A stretch of DNA of 18,090 bases from Alphaproteobacteria bacterium (GTDB taxonomy: Bacteria > Pseudomonadota > Alphaproteobacteria > UBA6615): contig CBDHEC010000038.1 in NCBI GenBank assembly GCA_965261975.1, positions 1-18,090 on the forward strand, read 5' to 3'. The notes beneath the pieces are model-generated. The model was given only the letters and a program-made list of their open reading frames with translations. It ran no database searches and had not been told where the DNA came from. The translations under genes were made by a program, and so were the position numbers. Below are positions 1 through 10,455 of the stretch, one piece after another (the first letter of the stretch is position 1; each line of letters starts with the position of its first letter).

Positions 1-1
1 C

Positions 2-688
2 TACTGGGCCGAACAGGTCGCGTTTTTCTCACGCACCCACAAAGTCATTTCATATGATCAACGCGGGACCGGCCGGAGCAGCCATGAGCCGGTTGCCGGG
101 ATCGAGCAACTGCGCGACGACCTTCTGGCTTTGCTCGACGCGCTGGAGCTTGAGCAGGTCGACTATCTCGGACATTCGACGGGCGGGAATATCGGTCAGA
201 TCATCGCGATCGAGAATCCCGAGCGGCTTCGGAAACTGGTGATCTACGCCAGCACCACCCATGGCGATGCCTACCGGTCCAAGGTGTGGCGGGTCCGGCG
301 CTCAATTCTTGAAAACCAGGGGCCGGAACTCTACGGCGACATGACCAGCCTGATGCTCTATCCGCCGGATTGGATCGCGGAAAATTCCGAGATGCTCGAG
401 GCGCAGCAGGCAGCGCAGGTCGCGATGTTGGCGCCGAGTGCGGTCATGACAAGCCGGATCGAGGCGGTCCAGGCATTTGATCGCCGCGAACAGCTTTCGC
501 AAATCGGCGTCCCGACACTGGTGTTGTGCGCGCGCGATGATCAACAGACACCATCCTATTTTTCGGCGGCGTTGGCTGCTGCAATCCCCGGCGCGGAATA
601 CAGGCTGCTCGACTATGGCGGGCATGCTTGTTCCCGGACCGTCCCCGATGAGTTCAATAAAATCGTCGCGGATTATTTCGCGCGCTAA
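2..688 (+). CDS. RutD-like alpha/beta hydrolase (5'-truncated by window edge)
   Basis: Frame is open from base 2 (YWAEQVAFFSRTHKVISYDQRGTGRS...), upstream of the listed 131 start. Motifs YDQRGTG, GHSTGG elbow, LYPPDWIA, ARDD, YGGHAC closely follow RutD (YDQRGTG, LYPADWM, ASDD, YGGHAC). Lies directly upstream of rutC. Confidence 0.85.
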   Translation, partial: YWAEQVAFFSRTHKVISYDQRGTGRSSHEPVAGIEQLRDDLLALLDALELEQVDYLGHSTGGNIGQIIAIENPERLRKLVIYASTTHGDAYRSKVWRVRRSILENQGPELYGDMTSLMLYPPDWIAENSEMLEAQQAAQVAMLAPSAVMTSRIEAVQAFDRREQLSQIGVPTLVLCARDDQQTPSYFSAALAAAIPGAEYRLLDYGGHACSRTVPDEFNKIVADYFAR

Positions 689-712
689 TCCACCATTTGC
701 GAGGAGACTGAC

Positions 713-1096
713 ATGGCTCACGAAGCGATAATTCCAGCCGGATCGGCGCCACCGCTTGCGCCGTATTCACCCGGTGTCAAAGTTGGGAACACCATATATG
801 TATCCGGCATTCTCGCGATGGATGCGGAGGGTAACAGCGTCGGTGTGGGTGACATCAAGGCCCAGACCCGGCACGTCATCGAATCCGTTCGCAGCGTCGT
901 TGAGGCGGGTGGCGGAACCCTCGCCGATGTTGCGTTCAACCAGATCTTTCTGGCGGATTTGGCCGACTATGCGGGCATGAACGAGGTCTATCGCGAATAT
1001 TTCGGCGACAATCCGCCGGCGCGTTATTGCGTCAAGGCCGAGCTGGTGAAGCCTGAATTCCTGGTCGAGATTTCCTCGACGGCGCATCTCGGCTGA
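713..1096 (+). CDS. rutC: RidA/Rid-family protein, RutC-like
   Basis: 127 aa. IIPAGSAPPLAPY, YVSG, KAQTRHV, GGTLADV, PPARYC, LVKPEFLVEI resemble RutC. SD-like GAGGAG about 7 nt upstream of the ATG; adjacent to a RutD-like gene. Confidence 0.85.
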   Translation: MAHEAIIPAGSAPPLAPYSPGVKVGNTIYVSGILAMDAEGNSVGVGDIKAQTRHVIESVRSVVEAGGGTLADVAFNQIFLADLADYAGMNEVYREYFGDNPPARYCVKAELVKPEFLVEISSTAHLG

Positions 1097-1114
1097 CGCC
1101 TCGAACGCTTGGCT

Positions 1115-2005
1115 TTACCGGCCTTGCGGCCCCCCCCCGCGTGCGCACACGACTGGCGGCGACCAGCGCTCCCGACGACGATCAAGCACGCCGATGATTT
1201 CTGCAACGGCGCCAGGCTTTGGCCCAACAGTATGACCAGCGCGGCACCGATGGTCGCCACGGGCTCGATGTAGGAAAACAGCGTCGTCCTGACGGGTCCG
1301 ATCATCTGTATGCCTGACGAAGTAACCGATCAGCGCCGCGGCGAAGAACAAGTTGTTGCTGACGAAGCCCCACCAGGCGGCCGTGGTGCTCGGCAGGAGG
1401 AATTCTCCGCGCACGAGTGTCACCAACAGGAAGATCACGGCGGTCGTTGTCGCGATGTACAAGGTGACCTGACGTGCGTCCCCGGTGCGGATCACCCGGC
1501 TGCTGACAACCGATACAATTGCCAGCCCGAGGGCGCCGACGGCCGCCAGTGCGATCCCGATAGGGTTAAGCGCATCCGCGCTGACGCCCAACGCCAGGGC
1601 AAGTCCGGCGAAAGCAACGATCGCCGACACGATGGTTGTCATACGCAACCGCTCCCAACCCATCATCACGACGAGGAACGAGGTGATCAGCGGGAACAAA
1701 TAGAAAATCAGCACGGCCAGGGAGACCGGCAGGACTTCGATGGCGGCCAGCACGGACCAGGAATAGATCGCGGTGACGAAACCAAGCGCACATGCGACCA
1801 ACCCTTCGCGTTTCGGCAGCCATATCGGCTTGCCGGTCGAGGAGAGGACGATGATCAGAATGATGGCTGGCAGAAAATAGCGTACGGTCGAGACCGAGAG
1901 ATGGTTCGCGCCACCGGTGTAGGCGAGGCCCGCAAGCGTGTTGGAAAGTGCAAAGCAAGCGCCGACGCCCAACACGACAAATATTCCCAGAACCTCACGG
2001 CGCAT
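1115..2005 (-). pseudogene. EamA/DMT-family transporter with several apparent frameshifts in the 3' ~200 bp (true pseudogene or sequence error)
   Basis: ATG at 2005 (MRREVLGIFVVLGVG) with GAGG upstream; many hydrophobic helices and DMT-like segments (VSLAVLIFYLFPLIT, GWER). The C-terminal EamA repeat (GIQMIGPVRTTLFSYIEPVATI...LGQSLAPLQ-IIGV-LIVVG-ALVAAS) is spread over three frames. The 3' end is approximate. Confidence 0.8.
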
Positions 2006-2122
2006 CTGTTTTTCCTCGATGTTCGACGACAGCAGCATAGGGGTGTGGCCCATGGAATCGCAGTGCGAATTGTGCTTCCGTGGCCTGCGATATTCGAAGG
2101 CGGATGAAACGAAGAGGTTCCG

Positions 2123-3563
<1,441 letters not shown>

Positions 3564-3720
3564 CCTGCTGTTTTCGAACGAGATTATACCATTTTTCGCT
3601 TTTTTCATGCGACTCCCCGCTGAAACGCCAGAATTCTCTTTCTTCGATATGCGATGAGTCTGTAGTTCTATCTATGGGTGTTGAACGGAGGTTCGTAAAC
3701 ACCGATAGGAGTAGAGCGGC

Positions 3721-4128
3721 ATGGCTTTGTTGTACGAAAACAGCCCTCCGGAGACTTTGCGTCGACGTGCCATTCTGATCGTCGATGACGAGGAGCTCCA
3801 ACGCAACCAGTTGGTCGAATGTTTGTCCGACCTCGATGTCGTCATATTCCAGGCGGGGAACGGGGTCGAGGCGTTGGATATCATCGATGACCAAATGCCC
3901 AGCCTCGTGATCATGGATATTCGGATGCCGGTCATGGACGGTGTGGCGACTGTGGACGAGCTTTCGAACCGTGTCAGCGATATGAAGATCATCCTGATGA
4001 CGGGCGATCCGATGTCGCTGGAGGCGGCATACAAGCGGCGTCCCGATGTCTTTACGATTATCGAGAAACCGTTACCGCTGCGCGTGGTGCGCCGGTTCGT
4101 TATCGAAGCTCTTGGGCTTGGAGCGTAG
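3721..4128 (+). CDS. Single-domain response regulator (receiver only)
   Basis: 135 aa. ILIVDDE, phospho-acceptor MDIRMP, MDG, LMTG, EKP; no output domain. AGGAG upstream. Confidence 0.9.
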   Translation: MALLYENSPPETLRRRAILIVDDEELQRNQLVECLSDLDVVIFQAGNGVEALDIIDDQMPSLVIMDIRMPVMDGVATVDELSNRVSDMKIILMTGDPMSLEAAYKRRPDVFTIIEKPLPLRVVRRFVIEALGLGA

Positions 4129-7036
4129 TGCGTGCGGGGTCCGAATCACCTTCGGCTTGCTGGGTAATCGGCAACTCCACCGTGAATTCGCATCCACCGT
4201 CGATGTTCTGGGCGACGATTGAGCCACCCATGGCGTTGACGATCCCGTAGCTCACGGAAAGACCAAGGCCGGTCCCGACACCGACCTCCTTCGTCGTGAA
4301 GAAGGGGTCGAAGATGCGCTCCAGACTCGATTCGGAGATGCCGCCTCCGGTGTCACGCACCCGAATGCAAACAATGGCGTCATCGGTGACTTCCGTGAGC
4401 TCCACGCTGATCTTGCCGATTGATTCGTTACCGTTCTCTGTTGGTGACATTTCGCGGATGGAATCGCGTGCATTGGTGATCATGTTGATGATCACCTGTT
4501 CGAGCTGAGATTCACTGCCATACACGGCGTGATTTTCGTCGGGAAGTTGAACGTCAAACCCGACGCTTTCGAGTTCGAGTTGGCCGCGCATCAGCTCGCA
4601 TGCATTGCGAACGGCGCGTGCCGGGTCGAACGCCTCGAAATCCGATGTGTCTTGGCGACTGAAAACACGCATGTGCAGGATGATCTTGCCCATGCGGCCG
4701 GCCTGGTCACTGATCAGTTCGAGGTTCTCGGTCGCATAGTCCAGGTCGGCTTTGCCGGCTTCCGCGCGGATGAGGACATTGTCTGCGGCCATGCGCATGA
4801 TATTCAAAGGCTGGTTCAGTTCATGCGCTATTCCCGCCGCCATTTCCCCGACGGTTGCCAGTTTCGATGCCTGGGTTAGCTGTGACTGCAGTGACTTCTG
4901 TTCGGTGATGTCGCGAACCAGCGAAATATGCATCGTGCCGGTGGGGCCCTCAAACTGCGTCATCGCCACTTCAATGGGGATTTTCGACTGATCCTTGTGC
5001 ACACCAATCATCTCCCGCGTCGAGAATTGGGGTCGGGGACCGACATCCGAATTGCCGGACGTTGATTGGTAGGTTATCGGAATAAGGTCGCGGAGATTCT
5101 TTTCAAGAATAGACTCATGATCGAAACCGAAGATGTCTTCGCTCGCACCATTCGCCATCACGATGTCGCCGATTGCGTTGGCGACAATAATGGCGTCGGC
5201 GGCATTCTCGAGGACCGTGTCGAGCATCTCCTCACGTTCCGCGAGGTCGGATGCGATATGCTCTCGCGAAATGGCAGCTGACAGGATGTTGGCCACGGTT
5301 TGCATGAACGTGAGTTCATCGGGTGTAAAATCCCGATGGCTCTGATGGTGAACGACAAGGATACCGCGGGGTTGGTTGTCGTCGCCGGCGATGACGACGC
5401 TGGCTGCGGAAACCGTGCCAATATCCTCCAAAATCGGGCTGCTAATGTCCGGTTCACCCGGCTCGCCGCGGCGAAAGGTGTTTTCTTTACCGCGATGAAA
5501 AACAACTGGTTCCAGTGCCGGGGCATCGAACAGGGGTTTCAGGTGCTGGATACGCGGTTCGATGTGCCACCCCACATACTTGCTGCCCGCATCATTCGCG
5601 CTGACGATATGGAACTCGGAGGAATTGCGGGCGCGTTGCGATATTAGACAGAAGTCGACATTTATGATCTGGGCGATAATGTTCGAGGTATCGTTTAGCA
5701 GGCCATCGAGATCAGGCGCACTAAGCGCTTGCTGGCCAATTTCCATGAGGGCCGTTTGTTGTTCGACCCGAGCCGCGAGAGCGAGTTCCGCGTCTTTTCG
5801 TTCCGTGATGTCTTCGACGACGACGATCAAATAGGGTTACTGCGAACCTGACTGTTCGGTTTTAGAAGCAGTTGTTGCAACTCATACGGGGCTTCCGTCT
5901 TTTCGGATGTAGCGCTTTTCGCGGGTGTAGGAACCACCCGTGCCGGCGATCAACTTCGGACGTGCGTCTAAGTCGTCCGGCAGATCATCCTGGTGTGTAA
6001 TGTCCCGGAAGGAAAGCTCGCGCAGTTCGGGCTCTGTGTATCCCAGTATCTCGCAATACCGTGCGTTGATCCGGAGCCATTTTCCGTCGAACGAGAGATG
6101 AGCGATGCCGACTGCTGCCTGGTCGAAAGTGGCACGAAACCGCTCTTCGCGTTCACGTATTTCCTGGGCGGCGCGAACCTGACCGGTGATGTCATAGGAG
6201 ATTCCGCCGACACCGGTCACTTCTTTGTTCGAATCGTAGATCGGGAACTTGGTCACCCTGATGACGATCTCTTCACCTTGCTTGCCCGGGACGTTGATAT
6301 CTGCGGTCCGCGTCGTTTCGGTGCGAAGGACCTCGCGGTCAAACTCATCGATTTGCGGGGCCCATGCTGCGTTGTGTATTTCGCTGGGAGATTGACCGGT
6401 GATGGCTGCGTCCGGAATGCCGAAGGTTCGCCGGTATGTCTGGTTGATCTCCCGCAGATTCCCCAGCTTGTCCTTCACGGATTGGTTGAAGGGGCTGTTG
6501 TCCCAGAACGCCCTGAACCTCGCTTCGTTTTCCTGGAGTGCCAGTTGAGAACGCTTCAGTTCATCGATGTCTTCGACAATGGCAATATAATAGTCGGGCG
6601 CTCCGTCGGATGTTCGGGCCAGCGTCGCCGTGACTTTCACCCAAATGATGCGACCGTCTTTGCGCGCGTATCGTTTCTGTAATTCGTAGGAATCGATTTT
6701 GCCTGCGATCAGCTGTCGATTGAGCTCATCGTTGTAATCCATGTCATCCTTAAGCGTGATGTCGGCGATGTCGCGCACCATCAGCTCTTCGGCCGAGTAT
6801 CCCGTGATCTCCTGCATTTTCTCGTTCGTACGAATCCACCGACCCGAGAGCGTCGAATGAGTCATGCCAACCGATGCTGTTTCGAATGTATGCAGGTAGG
6901 GGCCGAATTCGCGCTTGAGACGGCCAATTCGGCGTAATGCAACAGCCCCGCCGATCAGGACCAAAGCCGCCAGGACCAGCACGAACACAATGGCTGTGCT
7001 GTTTGCGTTAACCGGGCCAAACAAGTCGAGCGACAT
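4100..7036 (-). pseudogene. TM-PAS-PAS-PAS-GAF-PAS sensor histidine kinase (NtrB/DctB-like core) interrupted by two in-frame stops
   Basis: ORFs 5882..7036 and 4100..5830 share a frame; the junction reads YIRKDGSPV*VATTASKTEQSGSQ*PYLIVVVEDITERK. H box GEMAAGIAHELNQPLN, N box QVIINMITNARD, DTGGGI, IFDPFFTTK, GTGLGL. N-terminal hydrophobic helix. Confidence 0.85.
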
Positions 7037-7147
7037 TCACGCTTCCCCAAAGGGCGACAAACTGAATCCTAGACCCCTTATGCCGTCGGTATCAACGCCA
7101 CCATTGTGTGCGGTCGAACGAAAGTTGTTCGGCAATTCCGAGGCGTT

Positions 7148-9460
7148 TCAGCTCGATGCTGTAGGCGGTGGCTTATGCGCAGTGACCGGCGGCAGTTCAC
7201 CGTCGAAACGTTCTACTTCTACAAGCGCGCTATGGGCGCTGGGCCCCTGGCCGAGCCGCGATGTTCCGACATCGCGTGTGAGCACATTCGGATTGCCGTG
7301 TTTGTCGAGGCTGTTGTCGACCCCGGGTTCCACGGGGTCATACCAGGCGCCGGTGGGAAGCTGAATCACCCCGGGGCGGACCTCTTCCGTGACCACGACC
7401 CCTGCCAGGGTCGCGCCGCGGGAATTGAAGATGCGGACGATGTCGCCGTCGTCGATGTTGCGCGCTGCCGCATCGTCTGGATGGACCCAGACCGGCTCGC
7501 GCTGCTTAATCTTGCTGTCCCGACTGATCCGCCCGTTATCCAGCTGCCCATGCAGTCGCGTTCGCGGCTGATTTGAGATCATGTGCAGCGGATAGGACTT
7601 TGCGGTCTCCGAACCGAGCCACTCTGTCGGTTCGCGCCAGACCGCATGACCGGGGCAATCGTCATACCCAAACCCATCGACGACGTCGGAGAATATCTGG
7701 ATTTTCCCCGATGGTGACGCCAACGGTGCTGCCGCGGGGTTGGCACGAAATGCTTCCATCATGACGATTGGTTTTTCGGCCCGCGGTGTCTCCACATGTC
7801 CGGCCTGCCAGAAATCGTCAAACGAGGGGAGAGTCAGATCCTGTTCCGCGGCCTGTTGCCGGGCTCGGTCATAAAGGTGGCGCAGCCATTCGGCCTCGCT
7901 GCGGCCCTCTGTGAAGCTGGCTTCGGTGCCCGCACGGCGTGCCAGCGCAGTGAAAATATCGAAATCGTTGCGCGCATCACCTACGGGATCGATGGTTTGA
8001 TCCATCGCCATGATGAAACGGTCCTTTGACGTGGCGCCGATATCGTTGCGTTCGAGCGTTGTCGTTGTCGGCAGAACGATGTCGGAGAACTTCGCCGTGG
8101 CGGTCCACCACGGCTCGTTGACAATTATGGTCTCGGGCTGGCGCCATGCGCGCAGAAGGCGGTTCAGGTCCTGGTGATGGTGGAAGGGGTTGCCGCCGCA
8201 CCAATAGATGAGGCGGATATCGGGATAGGTGCGGGTCTCTCCGTCGAATTCATACGCGCTCCCGGGGTTCAGCAGCATGTCCGAAATGCGCGCGACGGGA
8301 ATCCATTCCGCGCATGGATTGTCGCCGGTGGACAGCGAGGGTGTGGGAGCCGGTCGTCGCGGATTGCCCGTGTTGCCCATGCTGCCATACCCGAACCCGA
8401 AGCCGCGTCCGGGCAGGCCGATCCCGCCTAGCATCGCGGCGAGGGTCACGGTCATCCAAAAAGGCTGTTCGCCATACTCACCGCGTTGCAGGGACCAGTT
8501 GGTGTTGATGAAGGTTCGCTTCGCGGCCATGCGCCTGGCGAGTTGCCGGATGGTATCGGCGTCGATGTCACATATCGGTGCCGCCCAGTCGGCATCTTTG
8601 GCAATGCCATCGTCGGTCCCCAGTAAGTACGGACGGAATTTTTCGTATCCAACGCAATATCGGTCCAGGAATTGTTCGTCGGCCAGGCCCTCTGTCTCCA
8701 GGGTATGTGCCAGTGCGAGCATCAGGGCGACGTCGGTGTTCGGGCGCAGCGCCAGCCATGTGGCACCCAGATGCGCGGCGACATCGTTGCGGACCGGGGA
8801 TATGTTGACGATTTCCACGCCGGCATCGACCGCAGCCTTGAGCGACGGCCCCGATATGTGCTCCGCGGGCCCTCCTGACAGCACTTGCATGTTTTTCAAA
8901 GGCACGCCGCCGAATGCGACCATCAACTCGGTGTTCGCGGCAATCGAATCCCAGCTCGTATAGTCGGTCATCGCTGCGCGTGCGGAGCCGAGAATATGGG
9001 GCAGGATCGCGTAGCCGGCCGCGATCGAATAGGTGTGTTTTTGACTGGTGTAACCGCCCACGGTGTTCAGATACCGTTGCAGTTGGGTCTTTGCATGATG
9101 GAAACGGCCGGCGCTGGACCAGCCGTAGGAACCGCCGAATATCGCGCTGTTGCCGTGGTCATGACGGACCCGGTCGACTTCCGCGGCAACCATGTCGAGC
9201 GCTTCGTCCCACGGGACCGCGACGAAGGGTTCGGCGCCACGCTGTTGCCGGTTACCGCCGGGCCCATGGTCGAGCCAGCCTTTCCGGATCATCGGACGCG
9301 CCACCCGGCTCTCGTCGTAAACCGCGTCGGGCATGGATTCTATGAGCGGGGACGGATCGGGATCCTTATCGAACGGGCGCACGCCGACGATCCGTCCTTC
9401 GTCGATTTCGGCCGTGAATGCTCCCCAATGGGAGGAATGCCTGCGCAGGTTATTGGTCAT
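7148..9460 (-). CDS. Mo-bisPGD S-/N-oxide reductase, DMSO reductase family, BisC-like, cytoplasmic
   Basis: 770 aa. SSHWGAF, PMIRKGWL, SYGWSSAGRFHHA, putative Mo-ligand Ser in TYS, GGNPFHHHQDLN, DIVLP..TTLERNDI, RLHGQL, GAWYDP, KHGNPNVLT. No twin-arginine leader and no N-terminal Cys cluster. Confidence 0.92.
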   Translation of the reverse strand: MTNNLRRHSSHWGAFTAEIDEGRIVGVRPFDKDPDPSPLIESMPDAVYDESRVARPMIRKGWLDHGPGGNRQQRGAEPFVAVPWDEALDMVAAEVDRVRHDHGNSAIFGGSYGWSSAGRFHHAKTQLQRYLNTVGGYTSQKHTYSIAAGYAILPHILGSARAAMTDYTSWDSIAANTELMVAFGGVPLKNMQVLSGGPAEHISGPSLKAAVDAGVEIVNISPVRNDVAAHLGATWLALRPNTDVALMLALAHTLETEGLADEQFLDRYCVGYEKFRPYLLGTDDGIAKDADWAAPICDIDADTIRQLARRMAAKRTFINTNWSLQRGEYGEQPFWMTVTLAAMLGGIGLPGRGFGFGYGSMGNTGNPRRPAPTPSLSTGDNPCAEWIPVARISDMLLNPGSAYEFDGETRTYPDIRLIYWCGGNPFHHHQDLNRLLRAWRQPETIIVNEPWWTATAKFSDIVLPTTTTLERNDIGATSKDRFIMAMDQTIDPVGDARNDFDIFTALARRAGTEASFTEGRSEAEWLRHLYDRARQQAAEQDLTLPSFDDFWQAGHVETPRAEKPIVMMEAFRANPAAAPLASPSGKIQIFSDVVDGFGYDDCPGHAVWREPTEWLGSETAKSYPLHMISNQPRTRLHGQLDNGRISRDSKIKQREPVWVHPDDAAARNIDDGDIVRIFNSRGATLAGVVVTEEVRPGVIQLPTGAWYDPVEPGVDNSLDKHGNPNVLTRDVGTSRLGQGPSAHSALVEVERFDGELPPVTAHKPPPTASS

Positions 9461-9483
9461 GCCTTAATCCTCAATTTGCCGCG

Positions 9484-9513
9484 AGATTGCCCATGGAATG
9501 GGGGGTCTGTCAA
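9484..9513 (-). promoter_or_regulatory. Candidate sigma70 promoter for the BisC-like gene
   Basis: Minus strand TTGACA (9513-9508), 18-nt spacer, CAATCT (9489-9484), ending about 24 nt before the ATG at 9460. Perfect -35, degenerate -10. Confidence 0.4.
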
Positions 9514-9564
9514 AGCGTGTTGGAGCGGTTACTATTACGCGGTAACCCAGATCAGGAGAGTGAC

Positions 9565-10355
9565 ATGGATGTACGTCTCGACGGACGGACAGCACTGATT
9601 ACCGGTGCGAGCGAGGGGCTTGGCTTGGCGATGGCGAAAAGATTCGCGGAATCAGGCGCCAATGTAGCGATGATTTCACGGTCAGCCGACCGGCTGGATG
9701 CCGCGCGTCAGGAAGTCATGTCGACCGTGGGCGGGAACAAGGTGAAGGTCGAGGCCATCCCTTGCGATGTCACCGACACAGACCAGATTGCCAGCATGTG
9801 GCAGTCGGTCAGTGACGGATTTGGGGACGTCGATATTCTGATCAACAATGCGGGTCAGCATGCCATCGGTCCGTTCCTGGAGTGCGATGACGAACGATGG
9901 CAGGCCGACCTCGATCTCAAGCTGTTCGCGGCGATCCGCCTGGGGCGGCTTGCGATGCCGGGTATGGCGGAACGCAAATGGGGCCGGATCATCAACGTGC
10001 TGGCGGTCAGCGGAAAGGCGCCGGGCGCGGGAAGCGCACCGACGTCCGTGTCGCGTGCCGCCGGAATGGCCTTGACCAAGGTGATGGCGGGCGAGGGCGC
10101 GCCGGACAATATCCTGGTAAACGCTCTGCTCGTCGGGATGATCAAGTCGGGCCAGCATGAGCGCCGTCATCAGGTGCAGGCACCGGACAAAACATACGAG
10201 GAATATATGGCCGGGCGCGGCGCCGGGATTCCGCTGGGCCGGCGGGCGAGGCCGAGGAGTTTGCCAACATTGCCTGCTTCCTCGTCTCCGATGCAGGGTC
10301 TTATGTGACCGGCACTGCCATCAACGTGGATGGCGGGCGTTCACCCGTCGTCTAG
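9565..10355 (+). pseudogene. Atypical SDR (BKR-like subgroup) with an apparent 1-nt deletion near 10243 (probably an intact gene if this is a sequence error)
   Basis: ATG 9565 after AGGAG. TGASEGLG, CDVTD, DILINNAG, WGRIINV. After GIPLGR, the other frame gives GEAEEFANIACFLVSDAGSYVTGTAINVDGGRSPVV* ending at 10355, the canonical SDR C-terminus. Confidence 0.85.
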
Positions 10356-10455
10356 GTCACGTTTGCGACTTTCATCCATCGTTTCTGCATGGGGTGATGA
10401 CCATCGACGCGTGATCGGTTAGCTTCCGCGCGAATTTAATTCTGAGGGGGCTTCT

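Noticed and set aside
5882-5884. TGA at a conserved Trp position as evidence of UGA=Trp recoding or selenocysteine
   Set aside because: TGA terminates well-defined genes here (rutC, hydrolase, crotonase, BisC-like), Trp is TGG elsewhere, a TAA follows 45 nt later, and the position is not a Cys site.
9418-9564. Upstream extension of the SDR ORF (and similar extensions of nbaC from 2970, Gfo from 12581, CoA-transferase from 14880, dehydrogenase from 15668)
   Set aside because: They overlap neighbouring genes or promoter regions. Family homology and SD or coupling signals point to the downstream ATGs.
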